DNA of 64,000 nucleotides from assembly GCA_049967655.1 (NCBI GenBank), contig JBMFSH010000012.1, forward strand, positions 11,746 through 75,745, given 5' to 3'. Source of the DNA: Acidobacteriota bacterium. GTDB taxonomy: Bacteria; Acidobacteriota; UBA4820; DSQY01. The position numbers were made by a program, and so were the translations under genes. Within the stretch, counting starts at the first letter, position 1. Every line of letters begins with the position of its first letter. Below the pieces are notes generated by a model. It searched no databases, had not been told where the DNA came from, and saw nothing but the letters and a program-made list of their open reading frames with translations. Positions 18,224 to 27,519 of this stretch are shown here, piece after piece.

Positions 18224-19470
18224 GCTCCCTCCTCCTCCGCCAAGCGGCGCGCCAGCTCTTCGCGGCTCAGCGCGGACTGCTCGCCCGTCGCCATGTTCTT
18301 CAGCGTGTAGCGCCCCGAACCGGCCTCCTCCTCCCCCAGCAGCACCACGAAGCGCACGTTCATCCGGTCCGCCCGCTTGAGGGCCGACTTGAAGGAGCGG
18401 GCCGTGTGCTCCATCACCACGATGGCGCCCGCGGCCCTCAGATCCCGCGCCAGGGCGAGGGCGGCCTGGTAGGTCCCTCCGCCCGCCCAGGCGAGGTAGC
18501 TCCAGGGCAGGCGGGAGGCCGCCGGCTGCGGGAGGGCCATGAGGAGCCGCTCCATGCCTAGGGCCCAGCCGAAGCCCGCGCAAGCCGGGCCGCCGATCTG
18601 CTCCAGGAGGCCGTCGTACCGCCCTCCCCCCAGCAGGGCATCCTGGGCGCCAAGGGCGCTGCTCGTCACCTCGAACACCGTTCGGGTGTAGTAGTCCAGC
18701 CCCCGCACCAGGCGGGGGCGAGGCACAAAGGGCACGCGGAGGATCTCCAGCGCCTCCCGCAGGGCGTCGTGGTGCTCGGCGCAGGACTCGCACAGGAAAT
18801 CGGTGAAGTGCGGCGCCTTGTCCAGGTAGGGCTGGCAGGTGGGCACCTTGCAGTCCAGGACGCGCAGCGGGTTGGTCTCCAGGCGGCGGCGGCAGTCCCC
18901 GCACAGGTGATCCGCCGAGCCCGCCAGCTCCTCTTTCAAGGCGGAGACGTAGATGGGCCGGCAATTAGGGCAGCCTACGGAGTTGAGCTGGACGGAGAGT
19001 CCCATCACCCCCACAGCCCCCAGGAACTCCATCACCATGGCGATGGTCTCGGCGTCCACGCCCGGAGCGGGGTCGCCCAGGACCTCGGCGCCGATCTGGT
19101 GGAACTGCCGGTAGCGCCCCTTCTGGGGCCTCTCGTAGCGGAACTGCGGCCCGACGTAGTAGAGCCGCCCGTGGAGGGGCGACTCGTAGAGCCGGTGCTC
19201 CACCACGGAGCGCGCCACGCCGGCCGTATTCTCGGGCCGCATGGTCAGGCTCCGCCCCTTCCGATCCTGGAAGGTGTACATCTCCTTGGTTACGATGTCG
19301 GTCTCGTCCCCGATACCCCGCACGAAGAGCTCCGTGGGCTCGAGGATCGGCGTCCGGATCTCCGTGAAGCCGTACCGCGCGAAGGTCTCCCGCGCCGCCC
19401 GCTCCACGGCCTGCCAGACCGTGATGTCCGGGAAGAGAAGGTCCTGTGTCCCCTTGACCGCTGAAATCAT
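18220..19470 (-). CDS. hisS: Histidine-tRNA ligase
   Basis: KEMYTF, RPENTA, FRYERPQKGRYRQFHQ, LVRGLDYY, GGGRYDGL. Confidence 0.97.
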   Translation of the reverse strand: MISAVKGTQDLLFPDITVWQAVERAARETFARYGFTEIRTPILEPTELFVRGIGDETDIVTKEMYTFQDRKGRSLTMRPENTAGVARSVVEHRLYESPLHGRLYYVGPQFRYERPQKGRYRQFHQIGAEVLGDPAPGVDAETIAMVMEFLGAVGVMGLSVQLNSVGCPNCRPIYVSALKEELAGSADHLCGDCRRRLETNPLRVLDCKVPTCQPYLDKAPHFTDFLCESCAEHHDALREALEILRVPFVPRPRLVRGLDYYTRTVFEVTSSALGAQDALLGGGRYDGLLEQIGGPACAGFGWALGMERLLMALPQPAASRLPWSYLAWAGGGTYQAALALARDLRAAGAIVVMEHTARSFKSALKRADRMNVRFVVLLGEEEAGSGRYTLKNMATGEQSALSREELARRLAEEEGA

Positions 19471-19488
19471 GCGTCCTCCAGGGCCGTG

Positions 19489-19497
19489 ATTGTACCA
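19489..19497 (-). promoter_or_regulatory. Extended -10 promoter upstream of hisS
   Basis: TGGTACAAT just upstream of the GGAGG SD of hisS. Confidence 0.5.
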
Positions 19498-19633
19498 TCC
19501 GGGCCGGTGCTCGCGCGACGATCGGATCCCTTTCCGCAGAGGCGGCAGGGGCGGGCCGGCCGCGGGGCGCCGAGCGGAAGAGCCCGCGGCCCGCGGCGGC
19601 TGACGTCGCGGAGGATCCGGCCCCGGCGGCGCA

Positions 19634-20914
19634 TCACCCCCAGGACAGCAAGCTCTCCAGGACCTGGAAGAAGTCCGGGAATGACTTCGCGACGCACGAA
19701 GGCTGGGAGATCCGTGTCCCAGAGATTCGCAGCCCCATGACGGCGAAGGCCATGGCCATGCGGTGGTCGCCGTGGGGGTCGAGGCGGGCCGGGCGGACGT
19801 CGCTGGCCGGCACGACGGTGAGGCGGTCCGATTCCACGAGCATGCTCCCCCCGAGGGCCGTGACGGCGTCCGCCAGCACCGCCAGCCGGTCGCTCTCCTT
19901 GAAGCGCAGGTGTCCGACCCCCGAAAGGACGGTGGGAGAGGGCGCGAAGAGGGCCACGGCCACGAGGGGGGGCACCAGGTCCGGGCAATCGCGCACGTCG
20001 GCTTCCAGCCCGCGGGCGGGTTGGCCCTGTAGCTCCATACCCTTCCCCGATTCGGAAAGACGGCACCCCATCGCCTCGAGGTGGTCCGCGAAGGCGGCGT
20101 CGCCCTGGAGCATGCGCCGCCTCATCCCGGCCACCGTGACGTCGCCGCCGGTCACGGCCGCGGCGGCCAGCAGAAAGGCCGCCGCCGAAGCGTCGGGCTC
20201 GATCTCCACCTCCGCCGCCCGGTAGGGGCCCGGCTCCACCTCCCACCACCCTCCGGCATCTTCGCGCACCTCGGCCCCAAAGCGGCTCATGAGGGCTACG
20301 GTCATGCGCGCGTAGGCCCCGGACACCAGATGGGACGCGCGGAGCCGGACGGGGCCCCGCGCCAGGGGGGCCGCCAGGAGCATGCCGGAGACGAACTGGC
20401 TGCTGACGGAGGAGTCCACCTCCATCGCCCCGCCCTCCCACCTCCGCCCTTCGATGACCACCGGCGGGAAGCCCTCGCGGTCGGCGAAACGCAGCACCGC
20501 GCCCGTCCCGGCCAGCGCTCGGGCCAGGGGCTCGACGGGCCGGCGGCGCAGCTGTGAATCTCCATCCAGGGTGAAGCCGCCCTCCGAGGCGGCGCAGAGG
20601 GCCATGAGCAGGCGGAGGGTGGTGCCGCTGGCGGCGCAGTGGAGGGGCGAGCCCGGCGGAGAGAGGCAGCCGGAAGTTCCGCGGACCGTGAGGCGCTCGC
20701 CACCTTCGGTTCGGGCCCCCAGGGCCCGGATGCAGGCCAGCGTGGCCCGAACGTCCTGGGCATCGGGCACGGGGTGAATCCCGCTCTTCCCCTCGGCGAG
20801 GGCCCCAAGGATCAGCGCCCGGTGGGCGATGGATTTTGAGGCGGGGACGCGGGCCGTGCCGCGGGCCGTCCCGCCGCTCGGGACCGGGTAGGGATCGGAG
20901 ATCTGGCTTCCCAT
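19634..20914 (-). CDS. aroA: 3-phosphoshikimate 1-carboxyvinyltransferase (EPSP synthase)
   Basis: SKSIAHR, SGTTLR, SSQFVSG, EPDASAA, LRFKESDRL, DHRMAM, KSFPDFF. Confidence 0.95.
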   Translation of the reverse strand: MGSQISDPYPVPSGGTARGTARVPASKSIAHRALILGALAEGKSGIHPVPDAQDVRATLACIRALGARTEGGERLTVRGTSGCLSPPGSPLHCAASGTTLRLLMALCAASEGGFTLDGDSQLRRRPVEPLARALAGTGAVLRFADREGFPPVVIEGRRWEGGAMEVDSSVSSQFVSGMLLAAPLARGPVRLRASHLVSGAYARMTVALMSRFGAEVREDAGGWWEVEPGPYRAAEVEIEPDASAAAFLLAAAAVTGGDVTVAGMRRRMLQGDAAFADHLEAMGCRLSESGKGMELQGQPARGLEADVRDCPDLVPPLVAVALFAPSPTVLSGVGHLRFKESDRLAVLADAVTALGGSMLVESDRLTVVPASDVRPARLDPHGDHRMAMAFAVMGLRISGTRISQPSCVAKSFPDFFQVLESLLSWG

Positions 20915-21011
20915 GAACCGCCCTCGCCACTCCCCCGCCGCCGTGCCGGATCAGCGGGGGATGAGGCGCAAGGGGGAGCGCTGCCCGCCGTCCTTCCCCG
21001 GCTCCCCGGCC

Positions 21012-21485
21012 CTACCTCTCCCTCATGGCTCGCTCGGTTTCGCGGGCGATGTCGCGCTCCTTGAGGGCCTCCTTCTTGTCGTAGGTCTTCTTGCCCCGCC
21101 CCAGGCCCAGCTCCACCTTGATGGAGCCGCGGCTGAGGTAGACCCTGAGCGGAACCAGCGTCAGCCCCTTCTCCTCCACCCTTCCCTTGAGCTTCAGGAT
21201 CTCCTTCTTGTGCATGAGGAGCTTGCGCTTGCGGAGCGGGTCCACGGGGGCCAGGGCCTCGTGCGTGTGGTAGCTATAGGGGGAGATGTGGCATTGGTAG
21301 AGCCAGAGCTCCCCGCCCTCCACCATGGCGTAGGCGTCCTTCAACTGGACGTGGCCCGCGCGGATGGACTTCACCTCGGGGCCCAGGAGCACCATGCCCG
21401 CCTCGAACTTGTCGAGGATCTCGTAGAGGTGGAAGGCCTGCCGGTTGCGCGAGATGTCCCGCTGAGCCTCGGTGCGCTCGCTCAT
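21012..21485 (-). CDS. smpB: SsrA-binding protein
   Basis: NRQAFH, EAGMVLLGPEVKSIR, RKRKLLMHKKEI, GKKTYDK. Confidence 0.96.
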   Translation of the reverse strand: MSERTEAQRDISRNRQAFHLYEILDKFEAGMVLLGPEVKSIRAGHVQLKDAYAMVEGGELWLYQCHISPYSYHTHEALAPVDPLRKRKLLMHKKEILKLKGRVEEKGLTLVPLRVYLSRGSIKVELGLGRGKKTYDKKEALKERDIARETERAMRER

Positions 21486-21739
21486 GGGCCCTCGGGATCC
21501 TGGGACGGCGGCAGGTGCCGCATGACCGCGTCCTTGAAGGAGGCCGGCACGCCGATGTTGGGCAGGCTCTCGAGGGTCTCCACCAGCCCCCGCATGGCCT
21601 CGTACTCCGCCAGGCAGGAGGGGCAGGCGGCCAGGTGGAGCCGGATCTCCTCGGCCTCCTCCGGCGTGAAGTCGTTCTCGATGAAGCGGGGAAGCAGCGC
21701 CAGGACTTTCAGACAGCGAGTGCTGGTTTTGTCCGTCAC
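21482..21739 (-). CDS. Soluble zinc-binding (zf-HC2/ZAS) anti-sigma factor
   Basis: HLAACPSC (HxxxCxxC), 85 aa, no TM, directly after an ECF sigma gene. Confidence 0.8.
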   Translation of the reverse strand: MTDKTSTRCLKVLALLPRFIENDFTPEEAEEIRLHLAACPSCLAEYEAMRGLVETLESLPNIGVPASFKDAVMRHLPPSQDPEGP

Positions 21740-21758
21740 CGTCCCACCTCCAACGGGG

Positions 21759-22334
21759 CTAGCGATAGTCCTTGAGCCGCTCCATGAGGAGCTGGCGGGC
21801 CCTGAAAATCCGATTTTTAACGGTCCCGATCGGCAGTCCGGTGATCTTCGCCATCTCCTCGTAGGAGCGGAAGTTGAAGTGCCTGAGCAGGATGAGCTCC
21901 CTATAGGAGGGAGGCAGCTCCTCCAGGGCCTTCGTGACTTCGGAGAGGATCACTTGGTTGCGATACGCCTCCTGGGGATTCAAAGTTGCGCTCTCCAGGG
22001 GCAGTTCTCGGTGGTCGGGGTCCTCCTGCCGCTCCTGGATGGAGAGGGTGGTCATCTTCTGGCGCCTCAAGTAGTCGATGGTGTGGTTGCTCGCGATCTT
22101 GTAGAGCCAGGTGGAGAATTTGTACTGCCCGTCGTATCGGTCGAGGCTCCCGTAGGCCTTCAGGAAGACCTCCTGGCACAGTTCGAGGGCCTCCTCATAG
22201 CGGTGGACCATGTGGTAGATGTAGTTCACCAGCCCCTTCTGGTAGCGCTCCACCAGCAGCGCGAAGGCCTCCCGGTCCCCCTCCAGGACCTCCTTCACCA
22301 CCTCCGCATCGGTCAGGACCCGCTGGGCCTCCAT
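21759..22334 (-). CDS. ECF RNA polymerase sigma factor
   Basis: QEVFLKAY, FSTWLYKIASNHTID, SYEEMA...GTVKNRIFRAR. Confidence 0.93.
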   Translation of the reverse strand: MEAQRVLTDAEVVKEVLEGDREAFALLVERYQKGLVNYIYHMVHRYEEALELCQEVFLKAYGSLDRYDGQYKFSTWLYKIASNHTIDYLRRQKMTTLSIQERQEDPDHRELPLESATLNPQEAYRNQVILSEVTKALEELPPSYRELILLRHFNFRSYEEMAKITGLPIGTVKNRIFRARQLLMERLKDYR

Positions 22335-22349
22335 CGCCCCTCCGCCAGC

Positions 22350-22378
22350 ATTCTAGGAGCAGGGTCGCACCCTGGCAA
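22350..22378 (-). promoter_or_regulatory. Sigma70-type promoter of the ECF sigma operon
   Basis: Minus strand TTGCCA-N17-TAGAAT. Confidence 0.6.
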
Positions 22379-22592
22379 GCGGTCGGGCTCACCGCCGCCC
22401 CCCTGCACGGCCGTCCAAAAGAATTTCAGCCCACATCTGAAGTTTTTGCCTTCCGGAGCGAAGCGGAGGAAGGCGCGTTCCGGCGCCGGCAGGCATCTTC
22501 GTATCCGGGCTTGCGCGGATTCGTGCGGGGTGCCATAGAATGGGGGACGCAGTGCATCCTGCGAGAGGGCAGGCCCACACCAGGAGGCGTCC

Positions 22593-23012
22593 ATGAAGTC
22601 GCACCGGGAGACCCTGACCATCGAGACGCCCACCCGGCGGGCCTTCCTCAACATCACGGACCGGGTCCAGGCCGCCGTGGCGGCCAGCGGAATCCGCGAG
22701 GGGCTGTGCCTGGTCAACGCCATGCACATCACCGCCAGCGTCTTCATCAACGACGACGAATCCGGGCTCCACCAGGACTACGAGGAGTGGCTCGAGGGGC
22801 TGGCCCCGCACGAGCCCGTGAGCCGGTACCGGCACAACCGCACGGGAGAGGACAACGGCGACGCCCACCTCAAGCGGCAGGTCATGGGCCGCGAGGTGGT
22901 GGTGGCCGTCACGGGCGGGCGGCTGGACTTCGGCCCTTGGGAGCAGATCTTCTACGGCGAGTTCGACGGGCGCCGGCCCAAGCGGGTGCTCATCAAGATC
23001 ATCGGAGAGTAG
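22593..23012 (+). CDS. yjbQ: YjbQ/UPF0047 family protein
   Basis: [37 protein letters not shown]. Confidence 0.92.
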   Translation: MKSHRETLTIETPTRRAFLNITDRVQAAVAASGIREGLCLVNAMHITASVFINDDESGLHQDYEEWLEGLAPHEPVSRYRHNRTGEDNGDAHLKRQVMGREVVVAVTGGRLDFGPWEQIFYGEFDGRRPKRVLIKIIGE

Positions 23013-23018
23013 CGGGGC

Positions 23019-23483
23019 ATGGCGCGAGAATCCAGGAGACACCCGGGCAGAAAGCGGGAGCGGAAGCTCACCCGCTTCAGCATGAGCCGCAAGAGCGAGG
23101 TGGCTCTGGCCGCCGTGGGCGTTTTCGTCATCGCCCTGGTGCTGGGCTTTCTGTGGCTCATCCTGTCACCCCTCTGGCTCAAGCCCGGCCCCGCCGAGGT
23201 GGCCGCGCGGCAGGTCGCCCTGGAGCGCGACGCCCAGGTGTGGCGGGAGGCCAGGGAGAGCGGACTCCTGCTGAAGGTTCAGCAGGACCGCCAGGAGCTC
23301 TTCGTGGACGCGGCCAAATGGAACGCCCTGCTGCCCACCGAGCACGCGCCGCGGGTCGCGGCCATCGCCGCCCATCTGGGCTGGGACTGGGCCTTCATCT
23401 TCGACGCCTCCACCGGCCGGCAGCTGGGCTGGTACGTGAAGGACAAGGGCTACCACTCCACGCCCAATTCTTCCCCTCGCTAG
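23019..23483 (+). CDS. Hypothetical single-pass membrane protein (start may be 23082)
   Basis: ORF with one TM segment and GC3-rich codons; abuts yjbQ. Confidence 0.65.
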   Translation: MARESRRHPGRKRERKLTRFSMSRKSEVALAAVGVFVIALVLGFLWLILSPLWLKPGPAEVAARQVALERDAQVWREARESGLLLKVQQDRQELFVDAAKWNALLPTEHAPRVAAIAAHLGWDWAFIFDASTGRQLGWYVKDKGYHSTPNSSPR

Positions 23484-24097
23484 GGGTCGGCGGGAGGGCT
23501 CGCGCCGGCGCGGCCGAAGCTCTCCGCCCCCAGGCGCCGGGCCTCCGCGAGGTAGCCCCGGCGGGCGGCCTCATCCGCCGCCGCCAGGCCGTGAAAGACC
23601 ACGTGCCTCACCTGCCCCACCCCGCAGAGCCGCAGGGTCCAGTCATCCAGGAGGCGCTCCAGGGGCTTCTGGAATCCGAAGGCCTCGTACTGCAGCGCGC
23701 TGGCGCCGGCGGTGTTGAGGACGAGGGCCCTGGAGTGGCGCAGGAGCCCCTCCACCCGGCCGTCCGGCTTGAACCGGAAGGCGAACCCCTCGAAGAAGAC
23801 GCGGTCGAAGAAGCCCTTCATCTCGGCCGGCATGGAGAACCACCAGATGGGAAAGACGAAGGCCAGCCCCTCGGCGCGCAGGACCCGCTCGCGGTAGCCG
23901 GCCACGTCGGGGGGAACGGAGCCCGCCCCGTAGAGCGCGAGGTCCTCCTCCGTGAGCGCCGGCCGGAAGCCCTCGGCGTAGAGATCGGCCAGATCCGGAT
24001 CGTGGCCCGCCTCGCGGAGCCCGGCCAGGAGCGCCGCCGCCACGGCGGCGTTGAAGGAGTCCCGCCTGGGGTGGGCCAGCACCACGAGGATGCGCAC
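23480..24097 (-). CDS. NAD(P)H-dependent oxidoreductase, flavodoxin-2 (MdaB/KefF-like) fold
   Basis: LAHPRRDSFN, DLYAEGF, FPIWWFSMPAEMKGFFDRV. Confidence 0.9.
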   Translation of the reverse strand: MRILVVLAHPRRDSFNAAVAAALLAGLREAGHDPDLADLYAEGFRPALTEEDLALYGAGSVPPDVAGYRERVLRAEGLAFVFPIWWFSMPAEMKGFFDRVFFEGFAFRFKPDGRVEGLLRHSRALVLNTAGASALQYEAFGFQKPLERLLDDWTLRLCGVGQVRHVVFHGLAAADEAARRGYLAEARRLGAESFGRAGASPPADP

Positions 24098-24100
24098 GCC

Positions 24101-24619
24101 CTAGCCGCCCTGAAAGGCGTCCGAAACCCAGACCAGGAGCACCTCGCCCAGGAAGACCCGGTGGTAGTCCCGGTCCTGGTAGTGCCCCTCCAGCCCCGAA
24201 TCGAGGAAGTGGCCGGGGTCCAGGTCCATGTTGGCCAGGATGCGGCACTCGAAGGAGAGGTCGGCCCCCTCCACCCTCGGCACCGCCACGCGCTCGGAGG
24301 GCAGGGGCTTCAGCCCGGCCGCGGACCACTTGTCCACGTCGCGGCCCGAGAGTGAGCCGCAGAGGTTCAGGGCCTCCCGCCGCTCGGGCGGCAGCACGTT
24401 CAGCGTGAACTCGGGCTGGCTCGCCAGCCGGGTGAAGGTGTGGCGGGTGGGCCGCACGTAGACGGTGACCACCGGGCGGTTCCAGAGGGTCCCGAAGCCG
24501 CCCCACGAGACGGTCATGGGGTTGGGGTTCTGCGCCCCCGCCACCAGAAGGGCCCAGCGCTTGTCCAGGATGTGGAAGGGCCTCAGGGTCAACTCCTCGG
24601 GTTTCACGACGCGCATCAT
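24101..24619 (-). CDS. Flavin reductase family protein
   Basis: NPMTVSWGGFGTLWNRPV, VRPTRHT, CGSLSGRDVDK, YHRVFLGEV; start after GGAGGTG. Confidence 0.88.
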   Translation of the reverse strand: MMRVVKPEELTLRPFHILDKRWALLVAGAQNPNPMTVSWGGFGTLWNRPVVTVYVRPTRHTFTRLASQPEFTLNVLPPERREALNLCGSLSGRDVDKWSAAGLKPLPSERVAVPRVEGADLSFECRILANMDLDPGHFLDSGLEGHYQDRDYHRVFLGEVLLVWVSDAFQGG

Positions 24620-24660
24620 CACCTCCGTGGCTCCAACAACGCCTCGGCCCGTCACTCCAT

Positions 24661-25236
24661 TCACCGCGCGGCGGAGACCGAGGTCTCCGCCCTGGGAGGG
24701 ACGTACTTCCGCATGGCCTTGGCGATCTCCTTCACACAGACCCGGGCCGCTTGCTCGGGCGTCGCCACGAAGAAGCCGGCGAGCGACCAGCGGCCCCGAA
24801 AACGGTAGTCGGCCGACCAGAGGGCCTTGCCGGCCGGGTCCTTGATCACGACGCTCATGGTGGCATCCAGCCAGCGCCGCGAGGCCGGCGGCCCCGCCTC
24901 CGCCGTCGGCTGGCTGGAGGGCCCGGTGGACGGGACGGCTGTGCTCTCCGAACCGTCGGGCAAGGAGGTGGCCAGCCCGGCGGAGCTGTGGAAGACCACC
25001 TGCACCTCGCCCTGGGCTCCGCTGCCCCCGATGGGCAGGTAGGGCTGAAAGGCCTGGACGACCATGAGGCGGATGGGCACCTCCAGCTCGGGCGAGTCGG
25101 TCTGCACCTGCAACCGGTAGCCGCCCAGGGTCTCCAGCGCGTGCAGGTCCTTCACCGGCCCCGTCTTCATCTGGGAGCAGCCGGCCGCGAGCAACAGGCC
25201 GAGCACGGCGGCCCACCTCGCCACCGCGGGTTTCAT
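24661..25236 (-). CDS. Hypothetical lipoprotein
   Basis: MKPAVARWAAVLGLLLAAGC lipobox; ATGA overlap with the patatin gene. Confidence 0.7.
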   Translation of the reverse strand: MKPAVARWAAVLGLLLAAGCSQMKTGPVKDLHALETLGGYRLQVQTDSPELEVPIRLMVVQAFQPYLPIGGSGAQGEVQVVFHSSAGLATSLPDGSESTAVPSTGPSSQPTAEAGPPASRRWLDATMSVVIKDPAGKALWSADYRFRGRWSLAGFFVATPEQAARVCVKEIAKAMRKYVPPRAETSVSAAR

Positions 25237-26216
25237 GGCGTCCGCCCGGCGCCCGCCTCGGGCGCGGAGGGGTCGACCGGAACGAGGCGCGTCTTGGCGG
25301 CGATGGCCGCCCGGATCTCCGGCAGGAGCTGCCGGGTCGCCGCTTCGCCCGCCTCCATGAGCCGCTTCTTCTGGGTGAAGTCGTCGAAGGCCACGCCCGA
25401 GACGTCGGGCCGGATGACCACGTCGGCCTCCCGCAGGCGGCACTGGGTGATCTGCTCCTGCATGATGGCCACCCCTTGGTAGGCCACTTCCAGGGCGTTG
25501 CCGGGGGCCTTCAGGGGGAGCCCCCGGGGGATGGCCACGGCGATGACCACGCCGGCCCCGAGCTGCCGGGCCACGTCGGCGGGGACCGGGTCCACTACCC
25601 CGCCGTCCACGTAGGTGGCCTCCCCGATCTGAACGGGGACGAAGACTCCCGGAATGGCGCAGGAGGCATGGACGGCCCGGGCCACCGACCCCCGCTGAAA
25701 CACGATGGGCCTTCCCGTGGACAGATCCACGGCCACGGCGGCGAAGGGCACCTTCATCTCCTCGATGTTGGCGTGTTTCAGGTGGGTGCGGAGGAAGGAC
25801 TCCAGCCCCTGGCCCTGGACCAAGCCGCCGGAAAAGAAGGAGAGGGCGCTGTAGTCGAAGAGGTCCGACTCCTTCACGGCCACGGCCATGAACTCGGCGT
25901 CGAGCACCCGGCCCGAATCGGCGTACATGGCGCCCACGAGGCTGCCCACGGAGGTTCCCACCACCAGGTCGACGGGGATCTTCTCCTGCTCCAGCACGCG
26001 CAGGACGCCGATCTCGGCGAAGCCCCGGGCGCCGCCGCCGCCGAGGGCGAGGCCCACCTTGGGCGGGACGCTCCGCATGGCCTGCGGCGGCTGGGCCACG
26101 GGCGGCCGCGCGGGGGCGCAGCCGAGGGGCAGGAGGAGGAGCACGGTGAGGAGGAGCGCGCCCGTCGCGGGCGAGTCCGTTCGCGAAGGCGCGGGGCGTG
26201 TCTCGGGCAGGTGCAT
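25233..26216 (-). CDS. Patatin-like phospholipase, probably lipoprotein-anchored
   Basis: LALGGGGARG, GTSVG, ASCAIPG, YVDGG; lipobox-like LPLGC. Confidence 0.9.
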   Translation of the reverse strand: MHLPETRPAPSRTDSPATGALLLTVLLLLPLGCAPARPPVAQPPQAMRSVPPKVGLALGGGGARGFAEIGVLRVLEQEKIPVDLVVGTSVGSLVGAMYADSGRVLDAEFMAVAVKESDLFDYSALSFFSGGLVQGQGLESFLRTHLKHANIEEMKVPFAAVAVDLSTGRPIVFQRGSVARAVHASCAIPGVFVPVQIGEATYVDGGVVDPVPADVARQLGAGVVIAVAIPRGLPLKAPGNALEVAYQGVAIMQEQITQCRLREADVVIRPDVSGVAFDDFTQKKRLMEAGEAATRQLLPEIRAAIAAKTRLVPVDPSAPEAGAGRTP

Positions 26217-26310
26217 GGGCGGATCCCTCCGGGTGAGGGGCCCTTCTCCCCCGGCCTGAAGGCGCGGCACGAAGAGCCCCACCCGAGTGTAGGAAGGTGG
26301 AGGGCGGGAG

Positions 26311-26730
26311 TCAAACGGAGGGAGGTGCGCCGCCCAACTCGAAAAGGCGCCTGACCTCGGAGGGGGTCACGGGGCTCACGGAGAGGCGCGACTGCCGGAG
26401 AAGCACCATGCCGCCCAGGGCCGGGTCGGCCCGCATGGCCGCCAGATCCACGGGGCGCGGAAGCGGGCTCACCGGCTCCAGGTCCACGCAGGCCCAATCG
26501 CCCGCTTCGGCCGTCGGGTCCGGGTAGGCCTCCCGCGCCACCTTCGCCGTTCCCACCACGCTCCGCTCCCCGCCCGAGTGGTAGAAGAGGCAAAGCTCCC
26601 CCTCCCGCATGGCGCGCAGGTGGTTGCGGGCCTGGAAGTTGCGCACGCCGGTCCAGGCCGTGCGCCCCTCGCGCACAAGATCGTGCCAACCGTACTCCTC
26701 GGGATCGCTCTTGAGAAGCCAGAAAGCCAT
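26311..26730 (-). CDS. EVE domain protein
   Basis: WLLKSDP, WTGVRNFQARN, FYHS, RLSVSPV. Confidence 0.92.
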   Translation of the reverse strand: MAFWLLKSDPEEYGWHDLVREGRTAWTGVRNFQARNHLRAMREGELCLFYHSGGERSVVGTAKVAREAYPDPTAEAGDWACVDLEPVSPLPRPVDLAAMRADPALGGMVLLRQSRLSVSPVTPSEVRRLFELGGAPPSV

Positions 26731-26732
26731 GC

Positions 26733-27200
26733 CTAGACCAGCCCCCTGAGGTCCACGAGGACCTTGTCCATGTGGCCCTTGGCGCTGACCCTCGGATAGA
26801 CCTTCAGGAGCGTGCCGTCGCGCCCCGCCACGAAGGTGCTCCGGATCATGCCCATGGAGCGCCTCCCGTAGAGCACCTTCTCGCCCCAGGCCCCCACGGC
26901 CTCGCTGAGGGTACCCTCGACGTCGCTCAGCAGGGTGAAGGGGAGCTGGTGCCGCTCGATGAAGGCCGCGTGGGACTTGACCGAGTCCCTGGAGACGCCG
27001 GCCACGGCGTAGCCCAGCTTCCGGAACTCCTCCAAGCGGTCACGGAAGCCCTGGGCCTCCAGGGTGCAGCCGGGGGTGTTGTCCTTCGGGTAGAAGTAAA
27101 GCACGAGCCCCTTCGGCCCCGTCAGATCGGAGAATGACCTCTCCCGCCCGTCCTGGTCGGGAAGCTTGAAGAGTGGTAGCTTCTGGCCCTTTTCCAGCAT
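26733..27200 (-). CDS. bcp: Peroxiredoxin BCP/PrxQ
   Basis: LYFYPKDNTPGCTLEA, FTLLSD, RSTF. Confidence 0.92.
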   Translation of the reverse strand: MLEKGQKLPLFKLPDQDGRERSFSDLTGPKGLVLYFYPKDNTPGCTLEAQGFRDRLEEFRKLGYAVAGVSRDSVKSHAAFIERHQLPFTLLSDVEGTLSEAVGAWGEKVLYGRRSMGMIRSTFVAGRDGTLLKVYPRVSAKGHMDKVLVDLRGLV

Positions 27201-27519
27201 GGTCGCCTCTCCCTCTATGAGGGGTGCCGCCGTCTCGCGGCGGTGAATCCCCCTTTTTTTATTTTAACCCGCGAGGAGCGCCCCCTCTTCCATTCAGCCT
27301 GAACCGGTTCCCTCTGTGCCCCTGCGTCTCTGTGGTCAGCCTCTCCTTCGCGCCTCCAAATTCCGCGATGGAGCGCGGGTGCCTCCGGCTGCTGTTCGGG
27401 TTCACCGGGGAAAGGCGTTGTCTCCTGGGCGGGGAGGGCCATTCCCTCCCCGCCCCACGGGCAAAGCCCGATGGGGCCCCACCTCCACCTGGACCTCGCT
27501 CCCGCGCTATACTCGCCGC

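Noticed and set aside
16457..18964. 835-aa AspRS with a long N-terminal extension
   Set aside because: The extension overlaps hisS in another frame; the real start is ATG 18223 with an SD.
20915..21011. tmRNA (ssrA) next to smpB
   Set aside because: The gap is under 100 nt and lacks the tRNA-like ends and tag reading frame.
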